From positions 558,001-622,000 of the forward strand of contig PPNB01000001.1 of NCBI GenBank assembly GCA_003707115.1: DNA of 64,000 nucleotides, given 5' to 3'. Position 1 is the first letter of the stretch, and every line of letters starts with the position of its first letter. Shown here piece by piece: positions 30,178-39,649 of the stretch. The notes under the pieces are model-generated. The model was not told the origin of the DNA. It made no database searches and saw nothing but the letters and a program-made list of their open reading frames with translations. A program made the translations under genes and the position numbers. This DNA is from Tortispora ganteri (taxonomy: Eukaryota).

Positions 30178-33090
30178 ATGAGCAGTCTGCTGCCTTTCCA
30201 AAATGAAATTTTATATGAATTAATAGAAGAAGACTGTTTATTAATATTAGCACGTGGTCTAGGATTACTAGACATTGTATCTGAGTTTCTCAGGCGGGCC
30301 CTGGGTGGCGAAAAACCGCCTCTAATCTTCGTTCTTGGAGCTAGCGCCTTTGATTCAGAATACCTTAGTCTGGCCCTGAACACCGCAGCAGAGTATGTCA
30401 AAGTGCTTACAGCATCTAGTGTTGATAAACGTACTTCTACATACCCGAATGGCGGTATATTGATCCTGCCGAGTCGCGTACTTGAGGTCGATATACTCAC
30501 GAAGATGGTCGATCCCAAGTGGATCTCGGGAATGGTCGTCTTGCACGCCGAAAAAGTGCTTTCTACATCATCTGATGCATTTGTTTTACGGCTTTTCAGA
30601 GAAGGAAACCAGACCGGGTTTATCAAAGCCTTTTCAGACAGCCCAGAGCCATTCACTACTGGATTCTCGCCGCTCAGTAATATTCTTAAGAACTTATTTC
30701 TTCGCCGGGCCTCGCTCTGGCCGCGCTTCCATGTGAGCGTAGCTTCATCTTTAGAGGAAGTAGACGACTCAATTCACATGGACGACGAGTCTGACTACGA
30801 GAGTATTCCCTCTCAGCAGGTAACCGAACTTAATGTCCCTATGACACCGCTAATGCAAGAAGTTCAAATGGCTCTCGTTGACTGCATAGATTTCACGATA
30901 AACGGTCTACGAAGAGACAAGAATTTGTCCCTAGAACTTTTTGAATACGATAAAGATGAAGCTTTCTTAAGGTCATTCGATGCCCAAATACGAATGCATC
31001 TAGATCCTATATGGCACACTGTTTCGTCTAAATCAAAGAAAATGGTGCAAGATCTCTCAAATTTACAACATCTTATTGAGTACCTTGTGAATGCTGATGC
31101 AATCGACTTTTTGCGAAAATTAGATATGATGTTGATGGAAAATAGTACCGGCCCTTCTTTGACCGAGACTACATCGCCTTGGCTCTATTCCGAAGCAGCC
31201 CATATCCTCATCGAAAAGGCCAGACGAAGAGCGTTTATAATTACGAATTTTGATAATTATAAGAACCTGTCCAAAATACAGATTTCGCCTGATGGGTTTA
31301 TACGGCTGCCTAAACTCGACAAGCTAGGAATTAAGCCGACTTTGGAAGAGCAGCCGAAATGGGCTGCGCTCGCTTCAATCATTGATGATATCGCTTCCCG
31401 AAAAGACACCCAGAAAGGACCGATTCTAATCATGTGCAATTCTGTATACGAGGCTGATTTGATACAGAGTTACTTGTCTAGCTCAGAAGTGGACTCAGAC
31501 AACAAAGATCCTGGTGATTCTACTGGCAAAGCGCGGTCTGCTGAGAAGTATCTGATGAGAAAACTTCAAGAATATTTAGTGTATAGAATCAGCCTGAACT
31601 CATACAGACGCAATGCCGCTATTGAACTAAAGGAAAATGAGACACGGCAAACCGATAGTGCACTTCCAGCAAAAGAACAAGTTGAGGCTCCTGCAAGATT
31701 AGCTGGTCAATCTAAACGGAGACGAATCAGAGGAGGAGCCTCTGTAACAACTAGAAATGTGATTCCAAATGAAGTCTTGTCCTTTGCAATTGAAGATCCA
31801 GGGGCTCAGCTCAAAGAAGATACAGATTTCGAAGATGATAAAAAGGAAGTAATTGAACTTGATGTGAAGCTAGAGAACGAAGATTTTGCGTCACTGCTAG
31901 ATGATTCAATAGAGTCTGAAGGATTCTCGTTTCTTGGACGGGACAATTTACTAATCATTCGAGCCTATGAAGGAGACAGTGATGATCGGCTGCTCAGGGA
32001 GCTCAAACCGAGGTACGTTGTGATGTTTGACCCCAATCCAAGTTTCATTCGACGAATCGAGATGTATAATGTCAAATTTAGGTTTGAGAAGATTCAGACG
32101 TTCTTCTTATACTACGGAAAATCATCCGAAGAGCAAAGGTTCCTTGCTGCTGTACGACGGGAAAAGGACTGTTTCACTAAACTGATTAATGAAAAGGCAT
32201 CATTGCCGATGGTTCTTGATACTAGATTAATGAAACCTGGAGAGGATGATCTTTTACATAAGATTAATTCTCGTATTGCGGGAGGACGACTTTCTGCTTC
32301 TAAGGAACCTCCAAAGGTGATAGTTGACATTCGCGAATTTCATGTGTCATTGATATCGCTAATGCATGCTGAAGGTATGACACTGATACCGTGTGTATTA
32401 ACGGTAGGTGATTATATTCTGTCGACAAATATTGGCATTGAGAGGAAAAGCGTTGCTGATCTTATATCATCTTTTAAAGACGGCCGTTTGTACGGACAAG
32501 CCGATCAACTCTGTCGGTACTATGACTACCCGGCACTTTTAATTGAATTTGGAAGAAATAAAGCATTTGGATTCGCACCGTTGGAAAATATCGAATCTAG
32601 CGCTTCTTCTGGCAAGGCTATTGCCAATATGGGGAAAATCAGGTCGCAGCTTGTGCTACTGACTATAACCTTTCCGAAACTCAGATTATTATGGTCTCCT
32701 TCATCTCAGTACACTGCTGAGATATTTAAGGAGCTGAAAAGAGATCGAAGCGAACCAGATGGAGCTACTGCGGTTGCTTATGGATTAGATCAGGCCCGGT
32801 TGGTAGCTTTGGCTGGATCAAAAGATATTGCACCCACTAATCAGGCTCTAGCACGCGATGCTGCTAATTCAATGTCGAGATTCAATCAATCTGCACATGC
32901 TATGCTTCACAATATTCCTGGAGTCTCGTACAGAAATGGTCTGGAAGTGATGTCCAAGGTGCGGTCTATACGAGATTTCGTTATGATGGACGAAAAGATG
33001 ATGGGTCCCCTGCTAGGAGTTGACAGCGCCCGAAAGACGTACCAGTTTTTTAATCACGATTCACGAAGAAAACGAAGAACTGGGTATTAA
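30178..33090 (+). CDS. RAD1: XPF/Rad1 structure-specific endonuclease (alternative in-frame ATG at 30121)
   Basis: LLILARGLG, LWPRFH, EQPKW, VIVDIREF, GDYILS...ERKS nuclease motif. Confidence 0.95.
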   Translation: MSSLLPFQNEILYELIEEDCLLILARGLGLLDIVSEFLRRALGGEKPPLIFVLGASAFDSEYLSLALNTAAEYVKVLTASSVDKRTSTYPNGGILILPSRVLEVDILTKMVDPKWISGMVVLHAEKVLSTSSDAFVLRLFREGNQTGFIKAFSDSPEPFTTGFSPLSNILKNLFLRRASLWPRFHVSVASSLEEVDDSIHMDDESDYESIPSQQVTELNVPMTPLMQEVQMALVDCIDFTINGLRRDKNLSLELFEYDKDEAFLRSFDAQIRMHLDPIWHTVSSKSKKMVQDLSNLQHLIEYLVNADAIDFLRKLDMMLMENSTGPSLTETTSPWLYSEAAHILIEKARRRAFIITNFDNYKNLSKIQISPDGFIRLPKLDKLGIKPTLEEQPKWAALASIIDDIASRKDTQKGPILIMCNSVYEADLIQSYLSSSEVDSDNKDPGDSTGKARSAEKYLMRKLQEYLVYRISLNSYRRNAAIELKENETRQTDSALPAKEQVEAPARLAGQSKRRRIRGGASVTTRNVIPNEVLSFAIEDPGAQLKEDTDFEDDKKEVIELDVKLENEDFASLLDDSIESEGFSFLGRDNLLIIRAYEGDSDDRLLRELKPRYVVMFDPNPSFIRRIEMYNVKFRFEKIQTFFLYYGKSSEEQRFLAAVRREKDCFTKLINEKASLPMVLDTRLMKPGEDDLLHKINSRIAGGRLSASKEPPKVIVDIREFHVSLISLMHAEGMTLIPCVLTVGDYILSTNIGIERKSVADLISSFKDGRLYGQADQLCRYYDYPALLIEFGRNKAFGFAPLENIESSASSGKAIANMGKIRSQLVLLTITFPKLRLLWSPSSQYTAEIFKELKRDRSEPDGATAVAYGLDQARLVALAGSKDIAPTNQALARDAANSMSRFNQSAHAMLHNIPGVSYRNGLEVMSKVRSIRDFVMMDEKMMGPLLGVDSARKTYQFFNHDSRRKRRTGY

Positions 33091-33243
33091 GTATGATATT
33101 ATATAAAAATGACAGTCAATTGATAGTCGCTGCAAGATGCAACTCCGACATAATACCCTACCAGCCCTAAACGGTTAAGTTACCCGGCTGTGCCGCGGTA
33201 AGATTTCCGACCCATTCCGGCTTTTCAACTACACTACCACGAA

Positions 33244-33940
33244 ATGTCTGCGACTGTAAGTATATCAATAATGCACAATAATTCGAGGAAAGAGAAGAAA
33301 TTATGGCGATATAATATGTATTACTTTGTTTATAATGTGCTGCACTTGCAATTGTGAGCTGTCTGGGCGGTTGTTGTAGATGTGACAGAAGCAAGTAAAA
33401 GAACAACATATACTAACCATCGAATTATAGCGCGCTGCAGTAAAAGTAGATTGGGCTAAATTGACCACAACTCTCGGTCTCAAGGGCAATACCCTTCAAT
33501 CATTGACCGGTTTCCGCAAGAGACATGAAGATGCGTTGCGTCAAGTGACCGAACTAAAGGCGCAGCCCGCCGAGGTAGACTTTGCTTACTACCGTTCGGT
33601 GTTGAAGAACCAAAAAGTCATTGACGAATTGGAGAAGTACGCTAGCAGCTTCAAGCCTGTTACCTACGATGTCAGCAAGATTTTGAAAACTATTGACGCT
33701 TTTGAGGCCAAGGCTGTTGACAACGCTAAGACTACTGAGGAGAAGGTTGCTTCTGAGTTGAAACAATTGCAAGCCGCTCTTGACGACATAGAGACTGCTA
33801 GACCTATTGACCAGCTGACTGTTGATGACGTTGTTAAGGCCCGTCCCGATATTGACGAGAAGGTTGATGAGATGGTCATTAAGGGCAAATGGAACATCCC
33901 CGGATACAAGGAGAAGTTTGGTTCCCTTGTTATTATGTAA
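33244..33940 (+). CDS. ATP7: ATP synthase subunit d; join(33244..33255,33431..33940)
   Basis: Intron 33256..33430 (GTAAGT...TACTAAC...TAG) gives MSAT/RAAVKVDWAKL...; VDFAYYRSVLKN, GKWNIPGYKEKFG. Confidence 0.95.
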
Positions 33941-34058
33941 GAATCTTTTTTGTTGTCTAGAAAAAGATTTAAAGATATCAAAAGCAATATTTACAGAAAA
34001 AGAAAAAAGTTTGTATTGTCGTATTGTCGTATTGTCATTCTTTCGTTCATTTATTCAT

Positions 34059-35222
34059 TCACTCATTATCAGGGGGTTTGTTATTTTTGCTTTGTTTGAG
34101 CTTGTGGAGGTTCAAAAATTGCAAATCTTTCTTTTTATGAGTGGTTTGTTCCACCCGGTATTCTTTTAGATGTTCACTATCTAGAACAGATTCGTCAAAA
34201 TTCTCTTTGAGGAGCAGCGCGGACACATAAAGGGGTACCATACTGGTTTCGACTTTAAACGTCAAAGCTTTGGGTACTTTCTTCATATCTTCGGCAATTG
34301 TAGCTCGGCTTACAATTGTCAGAACATCATTTGGCATCAGTTTACGGTTCGATGCAACTAGTAAGGCTTTCCTTTGGTCCACCAATTTTCTGCACTGTGT
34401 AAGTGTTCTCAGGAACACGTTCATGGCGTTAACAGAGGATGTGTTAGGATGTATTAGCGCTTTCTGCGATAAATAACCCATTCTTGCAATTTCTTGGTTC
34501 AGATATTCCATTTCTTTCCCCGAATATGGCTTGTAGACTGTTGAAAAAACCTGCAACGCTCTCTGTAAAGTGGCTTGCCGAAGAAGCCCTACCATTCTTC
34601 GGAAAACTGAACTGACACCATGGTAGCCCACAGGACCAACCAAAATTTTGTTGATGTTTTCAAGCTGCTGATTATGAGATAAACGCCGCAAGAGAAACTC
34701 GTAGCGATAGTATAAGCCCTTGAATGCGTTACCTCTCGATACAAGCGTTGCTTGTTTCCGTCTAAGTATCTCGTTTTTTTTGCTAATCACATCTACTGTG
34801 GTCTTGCTTGCAAATTCTGGGTCTTCTAATAGATCAGTAAGACTTTTGTCACCAGACACTTCAAAATCTTTAAGAATATCGTTCACTGATTCACGTTTGC
34901 TAGCCTGTGACAGCAAATGATCTGGCGATTCATCCACCTTGTCCTTACCAGGCTCAAACTCCACAGTCTTAGGTCTCTTATTTTGTAGTCTTTGCGGCTT
35001 CACGTACCTGAACTTCTCGCTAGGATCAATATTGGGTTTGGACTCAGGGATCTTAAAATCAAATCGTCTTATAATATCTTGCGCTGATTGCAGCACTCGT
35101 TTCTTTTCGGCGCTCTCATAATTGTTTAGACTACCTTCTATTTCTTCAGTCAAATCAGGCTTATTACTTTTGAGCCTGTAAAAATACATTAGCGGCTTTT
35201 TACGGCTGACTGGCCGCCACAT
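34059..35222 (-). CDS. Hypothetical basic protein, possibly mitochondrial
   Basis: 387-aa ORF from the first ATG; Arg/Lys-rich, acid-free N-terminus (MWRPVSRKKPLMYFYRLKS). Confidence 0.7.
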   Translation of the reverse strand: MWRPVSRKKPLMYFYRLKSNKPDLTEEIEGSLNNYESAEKKRVLQSAQDIIRRFDFKIPESKPNIDPSEKFRYVKPQRLQNKRPKTVEFEPGKDKVDESPDHLLSQASKRESVNDILKDFEVSGDKSLTDLLEDPEFASKTTVDVISKKNEILRRKQATLVSRGNAFKGLYYRYEFLLRRLSHNQQLENINKILVGPVGYHGVSSVFRRMVGLLRQATLQRALQVFSTVYKPYSGKEMEYLNQEIARMGYLSQKALIHPNTSSVNAMNVFLRTLTQCRKLVDQRKALLVASNRKLMPNDVLTIVSRATIAEDMKKVPKALTFKVETSMVPLYVSALLLKENFDESVLDSEHLKEYRVEQTTHKKKDLQFLNLHKLKQSKNNKPPDNE

Positions 35223-35393
35223 GATGTCGCAATTTAGGTGCAAAAGAGCTTTGGTGAAGTTGGGAAAGTCGTTCTACTGGAGATATTAAGTTGTCTAGGA
35301 AGCACTTCTACAGATTAAGTGAACGAAATAAATTAAATGCAGATAATAAAATTCAAAAACAGCAGATGCTAATAGTAAAATAATCCGAAAACT

Positions 35394-37541
35394 TCATGTG
35401 GTGCCGGCAGAAGAGGTGCTGGCCTTTGCTGCAGCAGCAGCAGCCTCTTCGGCTTCCACTTTGGCGAGGATTTCTTTTAGAACAGGACTATTCAAAGTCT
35501 CATCTTGTGATAATGCTCGTGAACGCCGCCTCATCTTCTCAGCTTCAATAGGTGTACGCTCTTCAGGTGAAGGCGGTATACTCTCATTCTGAATATCAGC
35601 CTCGCGTGCCTCTTGGAATGACCTTAGTTGGCTCTTAGCTTCATCGACACCTGCTAACAATGCACCTTGCGGTAATGTTCCACCAGACTTCGTTCGCAAC
35701 TCTCCAAGAGTTTCTGTCTCTTCTCGGAGAACCTGAAACATGCGCGACATTCGTCCAATAGCCAGTATCTTGTTCCGTAGTGCACTGTTCTTTAAATCAG
35801 TTACATCCTCGTTCGCATGCACAATGCTTGTATCGATCTTGAGGTCGTGCTTATTGAACTCAGGAGGCTCGGAGAGAGAGCTGATATCGGAATCAGATCC
35901 CTTAGAAGCAATAGACGCAGTAGAACTAGCATAGACAAGAGTACTGGGTGCAGTAATGATTTTGGGATGTGGAGGCTCGACAGAAGCTGGCAATGACGCC
36001 TCAGATTTTGCCGGTGTATTAGTTGAAGAAGCTGGAAGAGATGCATCAGAAGAGGCGAGCAGCGCACTCATAGGAATGGGATCAAACTCGGTAATCTCAT
36101 CAAGTTCTTCACGACTGCAAATATTCAATATTGATATGATCATGTCTGTAATCTTCTCTCCAACAAAGGGCAAAGACCACGTAAATACGTCCATAAAGTT
36201 AGGTAGCCAAAATGGATGAGGACTTGAATTAAACTGTCGGATGTTGAGAACATAGTTATCGCCATTTTTTTCGTATTTCAATATAGCTGCACGATTTTTA
36301 TAGGCATCCAGGTAATTTGGTGCTGAAAAAATTGTAATAACCGCAGGGAACCCGTTGTTTCTCGTCTTCCTGTACATCCTGTAGCCCTCATCCTGTGCCT
36401 CGTGTGCTCGAATAACTGATAGTAGGTTGTTGCGGTCGAGGAAATCACAAACTGCAGAATACGTATAGAAGTATGAGCAGCCACGGACAGTATTAGGAAG
36501 AAAAGACTCTCCTTTCCTGTCAGTTCCAAAAGTTTCACTCGGATCGGCCCACAGTATATCACACATAAGTCCGCTCACTGGAGGTTCAGTGAACCTATCG
36601 ATAGTCTTGAAGTCATCTAGCGTTTTCAGATCTGGAGAAATTCCGCCGTGAACACATAAGAATTGCTCATTAACGAGGGCTGCCAATGGCAAAGCGCAAA
36701 AAGACTCAACTGAGGCCTCGTATACGGATTCAGGATACTTATGGCGACATTCGACCTGAAAAGTGAAATATTCGGTCAAATGACGACATTCGTGATTTCC
36801 TCTTAGCAGGAAGAAACTTTTAGGATAAGTAATTTTAAGCGCATAGAGATAAAGCAAGCATTCAATAGAGAAGTAGCCACGATCAACATAATCACCCAGA
36901 AACAAGTATCGGGTATTTGTAGGGTCTCCGCCCACTTCAAATAGTTTCATAAGGTCATAATACTGACCATGTATATCACCACATATGGTGATAGGAGCTT
37001 CAAGGTCGAGCATGTTAGGTTCCTCTGAGAGCAACTCTGTGGCTTTAGTTAAGATCTTTAGTGTCTGCTCTTCAGTGAGTCTGCCTTCTCTGATGAAGTG
37101 ATTCTTAAGGAATTCAATGTTTGGCAAGCACTTTTCTTCGTCAATGAAAAGTTCGGCATTTGAAGGTGTTGACCAAGCTGGCGGAGGGACGTCTTTGCAT
37201 ACTCTTTCTGTGGTAGAAACAACGGTATCGTCGTCAATTTTATATACTGAGAAATCATCAACATTAACACGTGGCGGTTTCTTATTAACGGCCTTTATTG
37301 CATTAGCAAGTTTTTGTGAATTTTTGGCTGCAATCGATTTAGTTTCTGCGGCAGATTTTATCTGATCAGATCGTGCAGCAGTATTGGTGGCAGTTTTAGA
37401 AGTTGTGGCAGTAGATGCATTGTTACTTTGTGCAGTACTAGCCCCCGACGTTTGCAGTGCTGAAGATTTCGTAGATTCATTAGAAGTAGAAGTTGCTGGC
37501 TCGGTCTTACGCTTTCTTCTGAAAAAGCCTCCAGATTTCAT
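35394..37541 (-). CDS. CNA1: Calcineurin A catalytic subunit (PP2B)
   Basis: [41 protein letters not shown], calmodulin-binding [20 protein letters not shown], autoinhibitory SFQEAREAD. Confidence 0.96.
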   Translation of the reverse strand: MKSGGFFRRKRKTEPATSTSNESTKSSALQTSGASTAQSNNASTATTSKTATNTAARSDQIKSAAETKSIAAKNSQKLANAIKAVNKKPPRVNVDDFSVYKIDDDTVVSTTERVCKDVPPPAWSTPSNAELFIDEEKCLPNIEFLKNHFIREGRLTEEQTLKILTKATELLSEEPNMLDLEAPITICGDIHGQYYDLMKLFEVGGDPTNTRYLFLGDYVDRGYFSIECLLYLYALKITYPKSFFLLRGNHECRHLTEYFTFQVECRHKYPESVYEASVESFCALPLAALVNEQFLCVHGGISPDLKTLDDFKTIDRFTEPPVSGLMCDILWADPSETFGTDRKGESFLPNTVRGCSYFYTYSAVCDFLDRNNLLSVIRAHEAQDEGYRMYRKTRNNGFPAVITIFSAPNYLDAYKNRAAILKYEKNGDNYVLNIRQFNSSPHPFWLPNFMDVFTWSLPFVGEKITDMIISILNICSREELDEITEFDPIPMSALLASSDASLPASSTNTPAKSEASLPASVEPPHPKIITAPSTLVYASSTASIASKGSDSDISSLSEPPEFNKHDLKIDTSIVHANEDVTDLKNSALRNKILAIGRMSRMFQVLREETETLGELRTKSGGTLPQGALLAGVDEAKSQLRSFQEAREADIQNESIPPSPEERTPIEAEKMRRRSRALSQDETLNSPVLKEILAKVEAEEAAAAAAKASTSSAGTT

Positions 37542-37760
37542 GATTGTCAATAGCTGATGTCAGAATGGTTGGTGTATGTTTAGAATGACCTTACGGCACG
37601 CTAGCAAGTTTAAGGTCTTGTGATAGGATCAAATTCCAAACTTTATTCAATATAGAGTTCTAGCCAAGGCACTGACGAATGATGAGCTAAAGGTTCTGAT
37701 ATGCCTTGTCTGATGAATATTTGTATGACTGTTGTATATATTGTAAATACTTCATTACAT

Positions 37761-39497
37761 TCAGCTTTGCTGAATCATATCGGCTAAGAATGTGTCAGCA
37801 CTGAGGGTAGAGGCTGGTTCCTTGATGTACTTGTGAAAGACTTCAGGACGGACCTTCCATAGTTTGTCTTCGCGCACACATATGTATTTGATGATACTGC
37901 CTATTGTAGATTTAGACAGCATGGGGAACTTCTGTTTTGTCAATTCAACCAAAAGGCTTTTTGTGAATTTAGATTGGTGAATGAATTGCAGGAGCGCAGG
38001 TATATCGTCATTGTTAATACCTTTAAGCAGCGCATCCGTGTCCGTAGACCCGTTATGGGAATCTTTTGATTCTGGCTCTAAACAAGCTGATGAACCAGAT
38101 GACTGTGTTTCAGTCTCTTTGGAAGTTGTCCAATAGTTTTTATAGGGATTAATAGGCAGCGTTATGTTGCTATTGAGAATCTCCATACGCATTCCTCTGT
38201 CCGCAAACACAGATTGCTCCTGAGAACACAGGGTCTCAAAATAGATTCCTTCTATAACCGGTTCTAATGCTGAATCAATGTTTCTGTGTTTAAAGTTCTT
38301 GCTGCTGTCTTCTTCCACAAACTCGTCCATGCTTTCGTCTGAGTCTTCTGCGTCACTACCTTCATCCTCAGAGTCAGACACAATATCCTCGCCGTCCTCC
38401 TGATGCCATTCCCAATCAGAATCAACGTCGTAATCTAGGGCAGGATCTGTAAAGAAGGGGTTGCCTCGCCGGAAGTTTATGGGAATCTTGGAGAAAGTGC
38501 CCAAATACGGCGGCCTGAAATTCTCGCTGAACTCGAGATACTTAAGCGGCATCTTACTCCTAATCATAGAAGTTTCACTATGCTCTTTACAGGCTTTAGA
38601 TATTTCGTGTATCTCGCATGCAGGTAGACCACTTAATTTGTATGTCTTGCCATCTACACCACTTTTTTGCAAATTCTCAGCGAGTTCTTTTCTCAATTCG
38701 TCCAAAGAGTAATCATTGGATTTGCACGCTAATAACTCTTCAATACTATCGCATTTTCGCTTCATATCGTCTCGAGTCAAATGTGAAATCACATCTGGCG
38801 TGGCTTTAAATGTCATTGTAGAGTGAACAACAAAACGTCGAAACGTCTTTTGGTAATCCGAGGCCTGCTCTGAACTATTTTGGCCTCCCACTGAAGAAGG
38901 TTGTAAAACCGTCAAAATAGCAGGTTTCTTTTTCGCAACAAAAAATGATCCAAGTTTCAGCTGTTTTCCTTTAGCCTTTTCTTCTTCCATTTTCGCTTTC
39001 TCCGCAGCCTCTTCTTTCAGCCGCTTCTCTTCGAGTTTCTGCTTACGGGCATCTTCTCGCTTCTGGCGTTCTTCTTCTCGCTTCCTTTTCTCTTCTGCCT
39101 TTTCGGCTTCACGTTTTTGTTTCTCTTCTTCACGTTTTTGACGTTCTTCCGCTTTCTCAATTTCGCGCTTTTGCCTTTCTTCCTCCTTGCGTAGCCGTTC
39201 ACGCTCACGCTGCTCTTCCTTCTCGCGTTTCAGACGATCCCTCTCCCTTTGAGCAGCTTCACGCTCTTCATGAGATAATTTGATACGTTTGGCAGAGCTC
39301 TGTGGTGTGCACAGATCTGTGATCTCATGTTTTTGTGTGTTCTGTGGGGTGATGGCCCTTACATCTTCTTGTTCCTCAGTCTGGTGTTTTTGGTTCACAA
39401 AGCCCATAGGTTTGATCCGCTCATCAGCCTTCTGTGGCGTGAAAAGAACGCTAGCAGGGCTAGTGCCAGCCAGAATCTCGCGCTGATCGTCTTCCAT
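37761..39497 (-). CDS. RLF2: Chromatin assembly factor 1 large subunit (Cac1/p150)
   Basis: KER coiled coil, PIP box QLKLGSFF, FSENFRPPYLGT, LDYDVDSDWEW acidic region, C-terminal winged helix. Confidence 0.9.
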   Translation of the reverse strand: MEDDQREILAGTSPASVLFTPQKADERIKPMGFVNQKHQTEEQEDVRAITPQNTQKHEITDLCTPQSSAKRIKLSHEEREAAQRERDRLKREKEEQRERERLRKEEERQKREIEKAEERQKREEEKQKREAEKAEEKRKREEERQKREDARKQKLEEKRLKEEAAEKAKMEEEKAKGKQLKLGSFFVAKKKPAILTVLQPSSVGGQNSSEQASDYQKTFRRFVVHSTMTFKATPDVISHLTRDDMKRKCDSIEELLACKSNDYSLDELRKELAENLQKSGVDGKTYKLSGLPACEIHEISKACKEHSETSMIRSKMPLKYLEFSENFRPPYLGTFSKIPINFRRGNPFFTDPALDYDVDSDWEWHQEDGEDIVSDSEDEGSDAEDSDESMDEFVEEDSSKNFKHRNIDSALEPVIEGIYFETLCSQEQSVFADRGMRMEILNSNITLPINPYKNYWTTSKETETQSSGSSACLEPESKDSHNGSTDTDALLKGINNDDIPALLQFIHQSKFTKSLLVELTKQKFPMLSKSTIGSIIKYICVREDKLWKVRPEVFHKYIKEPASTLSADTFLADMIQQS

Positions 39498-39521
39498 CAA
39501 GTACTGGAAACAACTCGGAAC

Positions 39522-39540
39522 ACGCGTAAAGTGAAACGCG
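39522..39540. promoter_or_regulatory. MCB (MBF) elements upstream of the CAF-1 subunit
   Basis: ACGCGT at 39522-39527 and AACGCG at 39535-39540; fits G1/S expression. Confidence 0.55.
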
Positions 39541-39649
39541 CAGCACTTCGTGTACGTGAACTTTAAATCAAGTAGGGTAACTATACAGGTGAATTGTTAG
39601 TAATATTGATTAATATTTCATGCTATAAAGGATTATATGCATACCCTAC

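Noticed and set aside
37660..37720. CTGACGA/ATGATGA/CTGA motifs inside a CAAGGCA/TGCCTTG stem (C/D snoRNA or hammerhead?)
   Set aside because: Too short for a C/D snoRNA, no recognisable rRNA guide, and the hammerhead GAAA and stem II are missing.
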